Source: Ruditapes philippinarum (lineage: Eukaryota). Taken from it: DNA of 64,000 nucleotides. The DNA lies in contig NW_026864778.1 of assembly GCF_026571515.1 (NCBI RefSeq), positions 1 through 64,000 on the forward strand. The letters run 5' to 3'. Positions 14,208 through 27,695 of the stretch are shown piece after piece. Within the stretch, counting starts at the first letter, position 1; every line of letters begins with the position of its first letter. Position numbers and translations under genes: made by a program. Under the pieces are notes generated by a model. The model was not told the origin of the DNA. It saw nothing but the letters and a program-made list of their open reading frames with translations, and ran no database searches.

Positions 14208-15439
14208 GATACATGGTAATACTGTAATATATCAACAGTAAAATTATATTGGTTCGATAAACTTATGGTCTATTCTCTGTAAAATGTCTCTGTTATTTAA
14301 ACACTCGTGAATATTGTTTGTAAACAGAATGAAATTTTTCGGAACAAAATATCATTCTGCTATGTTGAGTCGGGTTTTATCCATACGATTTACCATTCGC
14401 TTTTATATAATATTCAAAGAACAATTTTGCAGCATATATATAGCTTTAAACACTTTAAATCTGTTCAGCAATTTTACAAAAGCTAAAACTTATGATATTA
14501 TTACAAAACCGGACTAAGAGTATTGTAAACTTCATTATTTTGGTGAACTCTACGATGTAAAACTTCACATGAAAGTAAATGTCCTTAAACATCAGTACAA
14601 TCATTTTATATTAACTACTGTAACACTGCACTTGCATTTCTGTCTGACATAAATAATCCACTGTATGAGAAATGAAAACCAGTCCTTATTTCCTGACACT
14701 GGAAGCATTTCACAGTACGTACATGAAAACGTTTCCGTCTTGTTTCCTAATGTGCTGCTAGAATGTCATAATCAAACTTAACTCACCGCTATAATAGGAG
14801 CATGTGTTTATGAATGAACAATTGTCATCTGTCAATAGTGGCAAATAAATGTTGCATTACAGCAGTTTTCAATCAGTGGAAATTCATATATTTATTTCAT
14901 AGCTACATTATTGTTGGGATGACCTTCTCAAAAAAGACGCTTTTGATAGCCGTAAAATTCTAAAATTCGTCAGCTTGTGAATTGATGCAGCCTTGGTCTG
15001 GTTTAATGATAATTATCCTCACCAGTTGTATAAACAATGAGGCGCTGAATTCTTAATCTGAAATCATTACCAGAAATCGGTCACTAATGTTTTAGTATGT
15101 AGACAATGGTAAAACTGTATCTTTGTTCGCCACATTTTTCTACTTTTTCTTTCTTTATGATTTCTGTAAAACATTGCAACACAGAAGTTTGATAATACTT
15201 TATATGAAACTTTATACCTCAAACTAACCCTTTGCTGTCATTCTCATGCCATTCCATTTTAGAGATGCATTGATTAGCCTATGTTCATGAACATGATCTT
15301 TTATAATTCTAAATTACAATGTATCTTGCAGTTTGAGATGTAAGCGAGTGTATCATACCGTTGACCAAAGTTAGAGGATATCCCAATGCATTTTCCTATA
15401 GAATATGACAGATGAAAGCTGCATGAGCAAAAATGTAAA

Positions 15440-16127
15440 ATCCTTTTTTGTCAGTCTAGAAACATTAACCTTGACCCAAGTGGCCACTTTAGTCAATAAA
15501 TAAATAGAAGATGTTTTAGCAAAAGTATAAATATATCTTTTTAGATCAGACACCGTTTCTTTTAGTGTCCCCTAACTCAACTCAAATTCCACAAGACAAG
15601 CATTTATATGTTTCATGAAAGGACATAATTCACAAAGCTAAGTTAGTAAGAGTTACGGTTCTTTGACATTACGGCTATAACTGTATTAAGTTTCAATTAA
15701 ATATAATAGATACTTTAAATGTTAAATTATATTTGGATATTTTAAAGTATTACAATGGGAGATAATTCAAATATCAAGCATAGTATAATTATGGTTTTGT
15801 ACATTGCTCTTCATTCTACTGATCTATATCACTGTATAAAGTTTTAATCAAATTTCTACAATATGTTATACAATAGTTATTCTCCGCACAAAGCATTATT
15901 AAGTATTATGGAAAAGAGATAATTAAAACATAAAGTAATGTACATTTATGGTTCTTCACTTCCTCTCACTACAATAACTGTGTTAAGAGGTTTTATGAAG
16001 TTAGTTTTAGTAAAATGACTTTATTTTTTTTCATTATCCGGACAAGACTATGGCGGACGAACGTACTCATGAAAGGACGCACGGACAAGACGGCGACTAT
16101 ATGCTCTCCCTTGGGGGAGCATAAAAA
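15440..16127 (+). mobile_element. Helitron/Helentron-like non-autonomous element (pearl/HINE type)
   Basis: Degenerate internal tandem units (GGGAGATAATTC...TTATGGTT), CGGAC short repeats and a 3' hairpin ATGCTCTCCC-TTG-GGGGAGCAT followed by AAAAA. The 5' boundary is approximate. Confidence 0.6.
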
Positions 16128-17173
16128 TACTCTCTACAATTTTAGCAAGTAAATTATGTTTCGTTTCAAATCCATCGAATCGAAATGAACTTATCCGATA
16201 AATATCGTTATCATTATGATGGTATCTTATTTTGGAACAACTCTGAGATGCAAAAGCCTAAAACTGGGGCACTAAAGATATACAAAAGATTATTGAGAAA
16301 TATACTCAGAAATAAATTGAAGATCGTCTGTGTGTGTTATTCTTAGCCCGAGTCATGTGAAATGCATATGAATTACTTTTCAAGTAAGGGTCACTTTGCA
16401 CATTTAGAAACAACGGAGTTAGAAAATAATCTATAATTTTGGACTTAACTTATGGGTCTTGAACTACTTCAAATTAAGTATTTATTTCGTAGATTTATTT
16501 CCAGACCCGTCATGTCAAAAACAGTGGAGACATTTGAATCCTCTTTTACACGTAGCGAACTCTTGTAATAATAAGTAAAGTGGGGTTAGAACTAACGGAT
16601 GAACATTTAAGTTTTTCTCTTCATCAAAAACAACGTAGTGTTTTAGTCGTAATAAAATGTCTAAAACTTTTTTAAGTAAATTCATGTTTTCTTCCACCTA
16701 GACAGACTCTTGTCTGATGTTTTGACAAGTACCACGCTTTTGACAATATAATCTTCTTAAAATCGCAATATTCATGAAATAAAAATTAGTAATCTGACAC
16801 AGATGCCATGATGTTATCTTTATGTTATAAAATGATATGTCAATTCACCTTATGTTTTGTATATATTGCAATAAAACTGTTGACAACTGACTTGTACAGA
16901 AAATCAGATAATAAATGTATTCCTTAGCAAATATTTGAGTAAGTAAGTAAGTAAGTAAATCTTATGATAGTGATGTACAATATATGAATACCGTATAACA
17001 AATAGCAAGTACAACACCCGGCCACGTTGGGCCTATAATTTACTTCAAGTATATATATATACTTGAAGTGAATTATTTTACATTTGCCCTGATGATCATA
17101 AGAGAAACCGGTTGGCAAATTATTAAATAAGTTAACTCATGGACTGTGTTTTTTGTTTTATTTATATGTGACT

Positions 17174-17232
17174 TTTTTCCGGCACTTGTTTTCATATATA
17201 TATACAAAAAATGAAAACAAGTGCCGGAAAAA
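17174..17232. repeat. Perfect 22-bp inverted repeat (hairpin)
   Basis: TTTTTCCGGCACTTGTTTTCAT, 15-nt spacer, ATGAAAACAAGTGCCGGAAAAA. Confidence 0.9.
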
Positions 17233-18261
17233 TACATGTAGCTTGAAGTGATATATAATTTATTAGCATGATTTATTGATAATTCAATAAGTAAAATGTG
17301 AAGCATATCAGAAATATTATAAATTCATATATTAAAGTATTGTTTATAAAAACAAATTCAAATTTAAACATAAGAAATTGACAATGTAAAAACGTCTAGA
17401 TATTAGTATGTTTATTTATTGATATTTTCAATTTGTAATAACTTCAATTTCTTTACCAATAACTGGCCCTCATTGCATACTTTCAACAAATAACTTTGCA
17501 TCATAAGCAGATTTTGTATCATAAAATCTGTTAGAAAATTTCAGATATATTGTCAAAATCATTGCCATTCTTTCTATAAAGATAATTTTGTTAATGAGGT
17601 GTCCATGTAAATTGTTATACTGTATCAGGAGTATATGAATTCCATCCACTACATCATTGACAGAACAGTCTATATTCATAGACATTTGCAATATAAATCA
17701 ACTTTGATAGGATTGATGCTAGATGAGTGGAATTATATCTCTGACGTCCGTCCATAGTTTGTTATAAATTTTCGTAAAAGAAGCATATGTCTTCTAGCTT
17801 ATTAAAATACACAAATTATATATAATACAATGACTTTTATTGCAAATAAAAAAATATTACAATGTTTATAGCAAAAATATATACATGTATATACATTTAT
17901 GAAAATGAGATCAGAAATTAGAAGCTGTAAAATAATGTGTTCACTGGAATTCAAATTAGAACAATGTTTGCTGCTTTTTGTGATATACAAAATGTAGAAG
18001 CTTCTTCCACCGATAGAAGTAAACGTTTGAGGTAATATAATTTATAAAGTTTCGCTGGCCTGTAAACGTGGCATCCTACTTTCCCAATATTCGGGGTTGT
18101 TTGTTTGTTATGGTTGTTGTTGTTGTTTTTGTGTACAATCCCAATGTGTAGAAGGCTAATAATATATTAAATCTGAGTAGTTTTCATCAGTATTGTTGTC
18201 AGTTCTCTTATAAGTAAGGTTCTTATCCTTCAACCAACTTGGTGATGAATTCGTGTACAGA

Positions 18262-18746
18262 AGATTGTCAACACTTTTATTGCTAAGAATGAAAATGGGA
18301 GGTCAATTGATTTTATTATCAACATAACACTTAAGATAATATCATGACACTTGAATAACAACTGACCATAACAATTAATTGTAATATTCTTAATTACTTT
18401 ATCAGATTTGATATGGATCTGTAATCCCTAGTTACAGATTTAGTGTACCCTTATAAGTGCATAGTAATCTCCCTTTAAATGTAACAAATACTTTTAGTAA
18501 ATAGCTGAAACATAAGTATTATCGTCCCTAAAAGATAATGAATGTATCCACTCTCATAAAATACCAGGTACTATATGGGCCCCTGTATTAAGCATTTAAC
18601 TGTGATGTATTATTGAATGGGTTTAACATTACATTTTCTGTCATTTACGTTCCTTTTAAACGATCTGTTTTGGGAAAAAATCTTGACAACGTGTCTTAAC
18701 AGTGTCATTGTTACTGAAACTTCAACTAGAAAAAACAACGCTTGTT

Positions 18747-18781
<35 letters not shown>

Positions 18782-20768
18782 ACTTAAAGAACCAAAATAA
18801 TTGTTAACTAACAAAAGTTCCATGAGTAAACGAAATAAAACGCGAATAGTTTTCTCAGTCATCTTGTTATTTTGTTGATACTATTTATTCTACACCTAAA
18901 TATATTGTAAACATAATTTACTGAATACATTTCAGGCAAATATAAATTCAAAATTCAACTTTTGTTTTTGTTTTATTCATTACAAACATTTGTGACTTCA
19001 TATCTTCTTTTTTCTAAAATAAAGTTATTATTATTATTGTTTGTATACATATTCACTGTCATTTTGTTTATGTTTCTCTGACGATGTCAAAAATAAAGTT
19101 TCTGTTCTGTTCTGTTCAGTTCTAATATCTGTGAGGTAGCCGTTTTCTACTACATTATGTTATGTGATTCTATGTATGTGTGTATGTATGCATTTATGTA
19201 TGTCGCAAGTTTGCTTATGTTTCCCGCTATTGTGGGACTTTTGCATATATTGAAAATAAAATCTTGAAATCTTGTAAATTTTTCCTATCAGTCAGCCAAG
19301 ACAGAAATAATGGAAGGATATAGCAAACACCTGAAAATCAGATAACATATGAAACAATAACGAATACTTATAAATAAATCTTAACAATTTTACACCACTT
19401 AAGACTGATTGCAATTTAGCACCCTTTACTTCCTTTAATGATGTATAGAAATTAATGGAACGGAACAATATGGAAAATTACAGTTGAATTACAAAGTTAT
19501 GATACGCAATAAAGGACGGTGTTAAATTTCTCACTTAAATTAAGAACCTGTTGACATCTCATAAAGTTTTTTGTTAAATAAACGTTATTGTCCTACAATT
19601 AAAAATCTAATCGGTTTAAATTGGAAGATCTTTTAAAAGAATTTCAATAATGATTGGTAGCAGAAGAAAAAAATATGTCTATCGTCATCACATATGTGTA
19701 CGTCTATCGTCATAACGCATATTCCCGTCTGTCGTCAACATACAAACATATTACAAAAAAAAAGAAAAAAGGAAAGAACAAATAAAAAAGATACGCCGAG
19801 CTTCCTTCTTGAGACAAATAGACCATCAAAACTGCGTATCAGGCGTACATAAAGTTATAATGTCACAATGGAACATTAACTTTCTATAATGTGTGAGCAC
19901 TTTATGACGTTTTGTTATTACAATATGACATGACAACAGGCCATTATACGTATCTTCATCCGCTTTTACGTTATAATATTTGTAGAAGCCATCGTAAATT
20001 CACTAAGTACTGGTAGTGCTAGTGGTACACTAGGCAGAATTCTGTTTCGAAACGGTTTATAACAATCATGTTTGCATTTGTGAACTACAGCCATTGACCA
20101 TACATATTATTATTATTATTATTATCATGTTTTACTAGTCTCTTATAATTCAATGATTGAATGGTCATGTACTATTTTGTGTTTTATTTTTGCTTATGAA
20201 TTTTACTTGTGTATATAGATGAATGAGACTTAAATACATAAAATTATTATAAAATTATATTACATATACTGTAGATATGGAGAAACAATAAATATTATAA
20301 TATAGATAACGCTAACCAACTTGCAAATTTATGGTAGAAGAGAATTCTTTGGTATTAGATTTCTCCCCATGTGTATGCTGGGACTTAAGTTTTATTTATG
20401 CAAATTTTCTGTGTGTTGCCTTGTATGATAATTAGAATTTACATTTATTTACACACTTCCTTTTTGTAAAAGTGTATTTCTGAAATGAAGACTGCACAAT
20501 ATCACATTAAGTCCATGATTGCTCTGGTCGAGGAGTACTTGTTATCACTGGACTATAAGCTCCATCTTTTGACTTGAGATTAAAATTTTACAGTCAGTTT
20601 GACGGATGTTCATACAGATTGTCAACACATTTATTGCTGAAAATGAAAAATGGGAGGTCAATTGACTTTATCATCAACATAACACTTTAGATAATATCAT
20701 GACACTTGAATAACAACTGACCATAACAATTAATTGTAATCTTTTAATTACTTTATCTGATTTTATAT
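18262..20768 (+). repeat. Inverted, permuted duplicate of the region upstream of Hmx
   Basis: 18262-19002 = rc(35138-35828). 19030-19664 = rc(34258-34765). 19675-20608 = rc(39581-40520). 20592-20768 = rc(about 35675-35851). Confidence 0.92.
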
Positions 20769-22114
20769 GAATATTCCTTCCAGCAGTATCGTATGATATT
20801 TCTAATATGTATTATATTTCCAATCTTATTTTTAATTTTTCAACAGTAAATGACCCTAATTCTAAAACAAAAATGTCACAAAGCGTAGCGAAATGATACA
20901 ATTTTTTCACCGTAATTAAGTTTTGAATGAAGAGTCTACTAGTTTACGTAAAAATATGGCCAACGTTTTGCTTTTTGTTCAATCTATACAAAAATTCTTT
21001 ATTACAATTTCGGATTGTAACTTTGCTAGTGTGTCTTTTGATTATTTTTTTTAATATTATTATTTTCCAACGAGTACAATTTTTGACAGTTCTTCGTAAA
21101 ATGATATTACTAGTTTTATTTTTAATTTTTTATAGTAAGTTAACCATTAAAAACCTCTAGTCACAGTTGCAGATAACTTGTATCGTTTTTTTTTAAAATT
21201 GACTGAATGTACATTTTATCAATATATTTATCCTTTTTTTGAATTGATCACGTTCTTCTGTTAAAAATTTCATGCCTGTATTTCTTGCATTGTAAATGGC
21301 TATGTATGTATGTAAACACATATTATGCTATTAAACTATATGTTCTGTTATGTTATGTTATACAATTCGAACTAAGATCAGTTTGCAGTTATGACGGGAC
21401 GATTATAGTTGTCTCCCTTTGATTACTACTTGAAAATCGGAAATTTTCATTTAGGTTAATAGTTATTGAGAGCTCATTTTATCCTAAAAAAATCAGCCGT
21501 CTTAAAAAAGGGATTTGAATTTTTGAAATTATTTTTTTGTCCAATAGGATTGCAGTATTTCAAATGAATCGTAACACATTTGCTTTGGTAAATCGACAAA
21601 CTGTAAATCGACTATTTATAAAAATAATTTAAAGTACGTATTTACAAAACTAAATTGGTCGCGTGGTTGTGCAGCGCCAGACTCTAAGCTATACTTAGCC
21701 TGTATCACTATCACTTAGCTAAAATAAACATTAATTAGTTGATTTATTTTTTAAGATTGATTAAATTTAAAAGAAATATACAATAATATTCGACTATTTC
21801 TGGTTTATTATAAATTCATCTCTCTACTTTCTTTACTGAATTACATCACATTCTATTTTCATATTTATTTTCACATTCAAAACGTAATTATCATAACAGT
21901 TTACAGAAACACAACTGATGCAGACATTTTAATTTAATTGTTCTATAATTAATTTTAATAACAATTTTATACTACTTTAGATAAATTGTAGTTAAGGTTT
22001 TAAGAGGTGGAAATCTGCAAATATGTCATCTATACAGTACATATTTAACATACCAATCATGAATGCATATAATTATTATGACGAGAAAATACAGTTTAAG
22101 TCAATAAAATCTTC

Positions 22115-22391
22115 NNNNNNNNNNNNNNNNNNNNNNNNNNNNNNNNNNNNNNNNNNNNNNNNNNNNNNNNNNNNNNNNNNNNNNNNNNNNNNNNNNNNNN
22201 NNNNNNNNNNNNNNNNNNNNNNNNNNNNNNNNNNNNNNNNNNNNNNNNNNNNNNNNNNNNNNNNNNNNNNNNNNNNNNNNNNNNNNNNNNNNNNNNNNNN
22301 NNNNNNNNNNNNNNNNNNNNNNNNNNNNNNNNNNNNNNNNNNNNNNNNNNNNNNNNNNNNNNNNNNNNNNNNNNNNNNNNNNNNNNNNNNN
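22115..22391. other. Assembly gap (N run)
   Basis: Ns. Confidence 1.
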
Positions 22392-22587
22392 GGTTTCGTG
22401 TTATTTCCGTTTCCCTGCAGAGAGCTAGAATTCCAGGAATCAATTTGTGCGCTCAATGATATCTGATTTGTAATTGTCATATCGATATTGGTATATAAAT
22501 AATGTAAGCTGATGATCTCAGACATGAATTGTTCCTGATGTTAGTAAGATATTCAATGTCACGACAGTAAGATATGTAAATGACTTG

Positions 22588-22790
22588 ATATGAGCCGTGC
22601 CACGACAAAACCAACGTAATGCGTTTGCGACCAGCATGGATCCAGACCAGCCTGCGCATCCGCGCAGTCTGATCGAGATCCATACTTTTCGCTTACAAAC
22701 CCTATATAACAAGTAGAGAAACTGATAGCGAACAGCATGGATCCTGATCAGACTGCGCGGATGTTGGTTTTGTCATGGCGCGGCTCATAT
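22588..22790. mobile_element. MITE
   Basis: TIR ATATGAGCCGTGCCACGACAAAACCAAC / GTTGGTTTTGTCATGGCGCGGCTCATAT, with internal CAGCATGGATCC and CCGCGCAGTCTGATC repeats. Confidence 0.85.
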
Positions 22791-23557
22791 ACCTTTCTGT
22801 CTATATCTAAATACGTTTACAGCTTGTCGACTCATGCATGTGTCTACGCATCTTCTGTCCGTCAAACTTGGGATAAGGACCTCGGACACTCAGCGAAAGA
22901 ATGCGTATTACGGTCTAACCTACGCTAAAAAAAACCCTAAAAATTGTGGAAATTGCATGGAGGTAAATTATCACCACTTTGTTTCAAAATTAATCCTTCA
23001 AGTCATTCAAGGGCATGTCTGGCAACATGTCCGGGGTCCGTATTTGAGGTGCATTTTTTTAATGTGTGCTCTAACGGGCGGATAGAACTCATTAAGCCTG
23101 GAATTCAGTCAGTCTGAGCATTCTTTAATTCTTTCTGATTGTCAGACATAACAATAATAATTTTACAGAAATTGACTTTATTACGTTGGATGTAAAATAA
23201 AAAACATTAGTTACAAATTATACAAATGATATACACTATGTATTGGTTACATCATAAGTATCGTAATTGATAGATTCTTACTCTGACCTTTTATTTGAAT
23301 ATCAATACATTTAACCTGTGCTCTTTTGTGTGGTGAAATTTTTATTGTATCCACTAATCTGATTATTAGAATTAGACAGGCCAGGGATCTATGCATAGAG
23401 CTACTTTCAATAGGTATTTACTCCGAGATTATTAAGAAAAATCGTCGAGGTGTTCCGACTGTATGGTATGACTCACAATTGATTTAATGTCATATCCTCT
23501 CCACCCCTGAAAATATGCAGTTACTGGATTTTTATCAATGGCGTAGCGTCTTAATGT

Positions 23558-23589
<32 letters not shown>

Positions 23590-25559
23590 ATGATGATGAT
23601 GTTGCTTTTGGTTGCCTTGTTGCTAGTATTTCATGTCATTAAAAAACATTATATGACTGACATACCTTTTATTTAAACTATGTACGTTGAAACAAAAATA
23701 ACATTTTCGCGCGGTAAGATTTTCTTATTCTTATCCATATGACCGAAAGCACAGTCTTTATAAAGCAACGTGAGAAACATGTTCTGTTCTGTTCTGTTTA
23801 TCCAATGACTGATTATTGCATTCCATAAATTTCAAAGTTTTAACAGAACACCGAGCTCTTCTCGTCTCTTCCGGCCTTTAAGTTCTGCATAAGTTTTAAT
23901 TTATGGACATGGTGGTAAAAAACATTTGATCTAACGTAAATTGATATTTTTGATAAATTGCACAAATATGAAAAATAACCATTGGATATCAATACAGAAT
24001 ACCAAACAAAGGTTAATCTATTGATAATTTGTCTATTTAATCCTTTCAAATCGATCACACTTCGCACTTTTTGCAGGTTTAACCAGAACTTTATCTATGT
24101 GCAGACAATTTAATCTTTGATTGTACATCCACCGCCAACTCGTAAATCATCGGCACATTTTATGATAAGCGTCGACGTGATCAGGAGCGACGAAAACTTG
24201 GTTAGCTTCCAATAGGTACGGAAATAGGCGAAGTGGGCCATAATGATACGAGCAATTGATGAATTGTTAAACTTTATACTTATTTTGACATGACGTGACA
24301 ATATTGTTATTAGTATAATGCATCATTTAAATCATTATAACAGTGGTAATGAATCTGTAATACTCATGTGCGCAGTAAATTCGACCATCAAGTCAAACAT
24401 GCTCACTTAGTCGCAGGACTTCAACTCACTTTTTTTTAAAAAGTTTACAACGATTATTTTAACCATGCGCTCAAATCTTCGCCACGGTTTGAACGGTTAA
24501 ACATTCTTTGGTGCATTACTTGGTAAGACATCAAAACTTCCTCATTTTAAATGTCATGCTTTAAATTAATTATATATGTCCTTAAACTATGAGTGTGATT
24601 TGTAAATATTAGTGAAGTTATGAAGGTGGCCCACATAACGTTCTGAAGTGGATTAACATAAACCGACAAAAATAGCATAAGTCAAGAATATCATTTAAAT
24701 TAATTGAAGGGTAAAGACTGTTTGAGCATCAACCCTGTGACCGGAAGTACGTTTCGGTGTCCCTTTAAAATAATATGCAAATGCAAAGCAATAAACCATA
24801 TCCGTTCTTATTATATGAAAGAATCTCGTGAGCCTTGCTTATATTTTCATCAGCTTTAAAAATAAAACATGGCACAAACTGTTTTCCGTACCATACTTAA
24901 TGATATATTATAAAATTTTCACAAAAAAAGAAAAAGGTTCAATCCTGTCTCTTTACCATGATAATATACAAGTATCCTGATAAGAAATATTTGTTTAAAT
25001 GACACACAGTAAGCCCAAGCAAATTTGCCAAACAATCAACGAGATAATTAAGTAACCTTCAATGACAAGTGTAAACCATTTTTCAAACATAGACTATCGG
25101 TAAATACACGTCTCTTTATCTGCAAAAAATATCTTAACAAGTTATACCGAGATGGTATATAGAAAATTGCCATTATTGCGCTTTAAAAGACGATTTTATC
25201 AGTGTCATTTACATAAAGACAATACTATATTGCTTCCAAAACTTTGATTTTTTTCTTAATAAAAATGTGATAAAATGTATTATTGTAATGGATTTAGGTT
25301 ATAAGATATATTCACTACGTAAAAGGTATTCCATTCTTTTTTATATACAAATTTATTATTTCTATCTTGTATTTAATTATTTTACGTTTAAACAAAGCTG
25401 TTGTTTTAAAGAACGAATCTAATCTATATGTTCACCGTTTATCACCTTAACACACACTTTACATGTGTATATCAAATAACTTTACAAGAACCGAAATAAA
25501 AAGTTATATCTTCTCAATAAAGGATCTTTTTTTCTTATTTTATCACTTTTTCGAATAAA

Positions 25560-26047
25560 ATGTTGGGTTTAAGGTTATATCGACACATTTAATTCATTGA
25601 CAAGGAGAAGGACCTCCAGTGTTCCCTCAAGCAATATTCCGGACCCGAGCGCGAGCTGAATAGCTTTACACTATAAAAATTCAGCGTCCCTGACGTGATT
25701 TGAACCTACTGTGGTGATTGAAATACAATGTATACGAAAGTGGTGATTGTGGTGTTGGTAGTTTAACCTCTGGATCACTGAAGAAAGCCACATTGAATTT
25801 ACCGACCACATTTCAGCCACCGCATCGTTCCTGGGCAGGCTATTGAGCAGTTTAACAATACTAGTTTTCTTCACTTAAGCAAGAAACAGATAACTTCTTT
25901 ACATGCTAGAGCAGTGGTACAGTGCGAATAACTGTAGAAAAGATTTCTTGATTAATCACAACGAAAGTGACTTGCACCGTCCGGGAATCGAACCCAGGTT
26001 ACCCGATTAACAGACCAACTCTGTACCTATTGAGTTAACCAGACGGT
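25560..26047 (-). mobile_element. tRNA-derived SINE
   Basis: The minus-strand head CCGTCTGGTTAACTCAATAGGT...GGGTTCGATTCCCGGACGG has A and B boxes and is followed by a more GC-rich body. The 3' boundary is approximate. Confidence 0.6.
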
Positions 26048-27695
26048 TTAAACTACGAAAGAGTTTCTAAGCGAACTACAAGTATATCTCATCAAGAAAT
26101 CTAGCTCAGCGATAGACCACAGACCTCCGAGTGACGTATTTTCCGTCAACGTTATATGGAATCTTACGTTTTACTAAATCTTAAATTTATTTGTTATGCC
26201 TCTATTTTATCATTTCTCAAGTTGATACTATCTTTCTACTCTTTAACCCTGTGTCACAAAAAACACACAGAGCATTTAATAATATGTAAAGTAATTGTGC
26301 TGTAATTGAAAAGATATGTGAGTGCACTAAACGGTGTTATGAGATCAATTTTAGAATCAATTTAGAGTTAGTTACACGGACTGGTCAGATATCTTATTCG
26401 TCTACGAAAGTTATAAGACCTGTATATGTCTGAAGTTACAACATTTTCAAGTTCTAAATATAAAGTTAGAAATAAGTTATCCTGCTGTTCATGTTTTAAA
26501 CTGGAGGTTCAATTATATAACGAAATGAACATAATTTGAAGTGAGAGCACAAATCAAAAATTTATAACCAAGTTCAATAAGATCTGTTTTACAAATCAAA
26601 GTTACATTTTTATTATCCCCGGTGAATCTATACAATGGCTGCATTATCGGAAAATATCTACTTAAAGGAGAAGTTTGAGCCGAAACAAAAATATATCTTA
26701 ATTTGAAATCAGTTAACTGTATACGGTAATTTTTTCAAGGGCGCTCCAAACCTTTCAGCTTTTATGTTTTATTAATAAAGAAAACTATCAATATGGTGAA
26801 TATGTACAAATTACTCAAGAGGGGAGGTTTATTATAGCCAGTTAGTATAGCTTTTAGACATGTAACACATTTTTATTTCTGTTTTGTAAAGTATAAGAAA
26901 TATTTAAAGGGGTTAATCTTTGTTAGTAGGTCAATATATCTCTTCAATTTAGGGTAAGTGTTTACTTTTCGCATATTTTTGTGAATTGTTTATGTTTACC
27001 ATATATGGTGTTGGTATGTTAGCTCTCTCGTGACAATTTTAATGAAGTATTATAGAATCTTATTTTATAAACAAATAAATGTAATTAATGGGAATATTTT
27101 GAGTGTCTTTTGTCGAATTTTTGTTTTTATTTGTTTGATCGTAATGATGGCCATATATTCCGAAAAATATGTCTTTTGTTGAAAATAAGACATTAAAATG
27201 TTTACATTTGCTTTGGTACTTTGTTCTATTCTATGATAAATTCATTTAAGGCTGTTTCCCATTTTTTGAAGGTCTTTGGGACAGTTTGGGTCCATCAGTA
27301 TGCTAAATTTTGTTGAATTTATTGAATATTATATTTGTAAAAATAAGTATAGTATATGAGTATGTATTTAAATACAAACCGGTGCGAGATCAGTTTGTCG
27401 ATAAACTCCCGATTAATGATTGAAAAACATTATTATGTCACAAATCACTCGCTAAGTTAAATTAAAACTTTCTTCTGTTAATAGGATTAGAGAACACATT
27501 AAACATTCGGGTCAAAATCAACGATACAATTAATGTTTTTGACATTCCGGAATAATTGTAGTGCGTTCCATATCGTAAACTCGGGTCAAATATAAAAGAC
27601 TCGTTGAATTCATCATTCCCGTTTTTGATTGTTATTTTTTTTTTCTAGGTCATGGAATCAAAACAGCGGATAAACATCATCAAAGATTTTAAGAC

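Larger units (their letters stand above)
8380..15350 (+). repeat. Tandem segmental duplication, unit 2, enlarged by the transposon at 10034-12889
   Basis: Direct colinear match to 2890-7530 once the TIR element and the N gap are removed. Confidence 0.85.

Noticed and set aside
13898-22525. ORFs spanning the N runs (13898-14235 and 22023-22525)
   Set aside because: Artefacts of the assembly gaps.
2301-26000. Many 60-110-aa ORFs in the ORF track
   Set aside because: Composition mirrors AT-rich DNA, no domains are recognisable, and the frames are not preserved between duplicated copies.
25965-26047. tRNA gene
   Set aside because: A and B boxes are present but I could not fold a convincing cloverleaf, and it is attached to a longer repeat body, so it is a SINE head.
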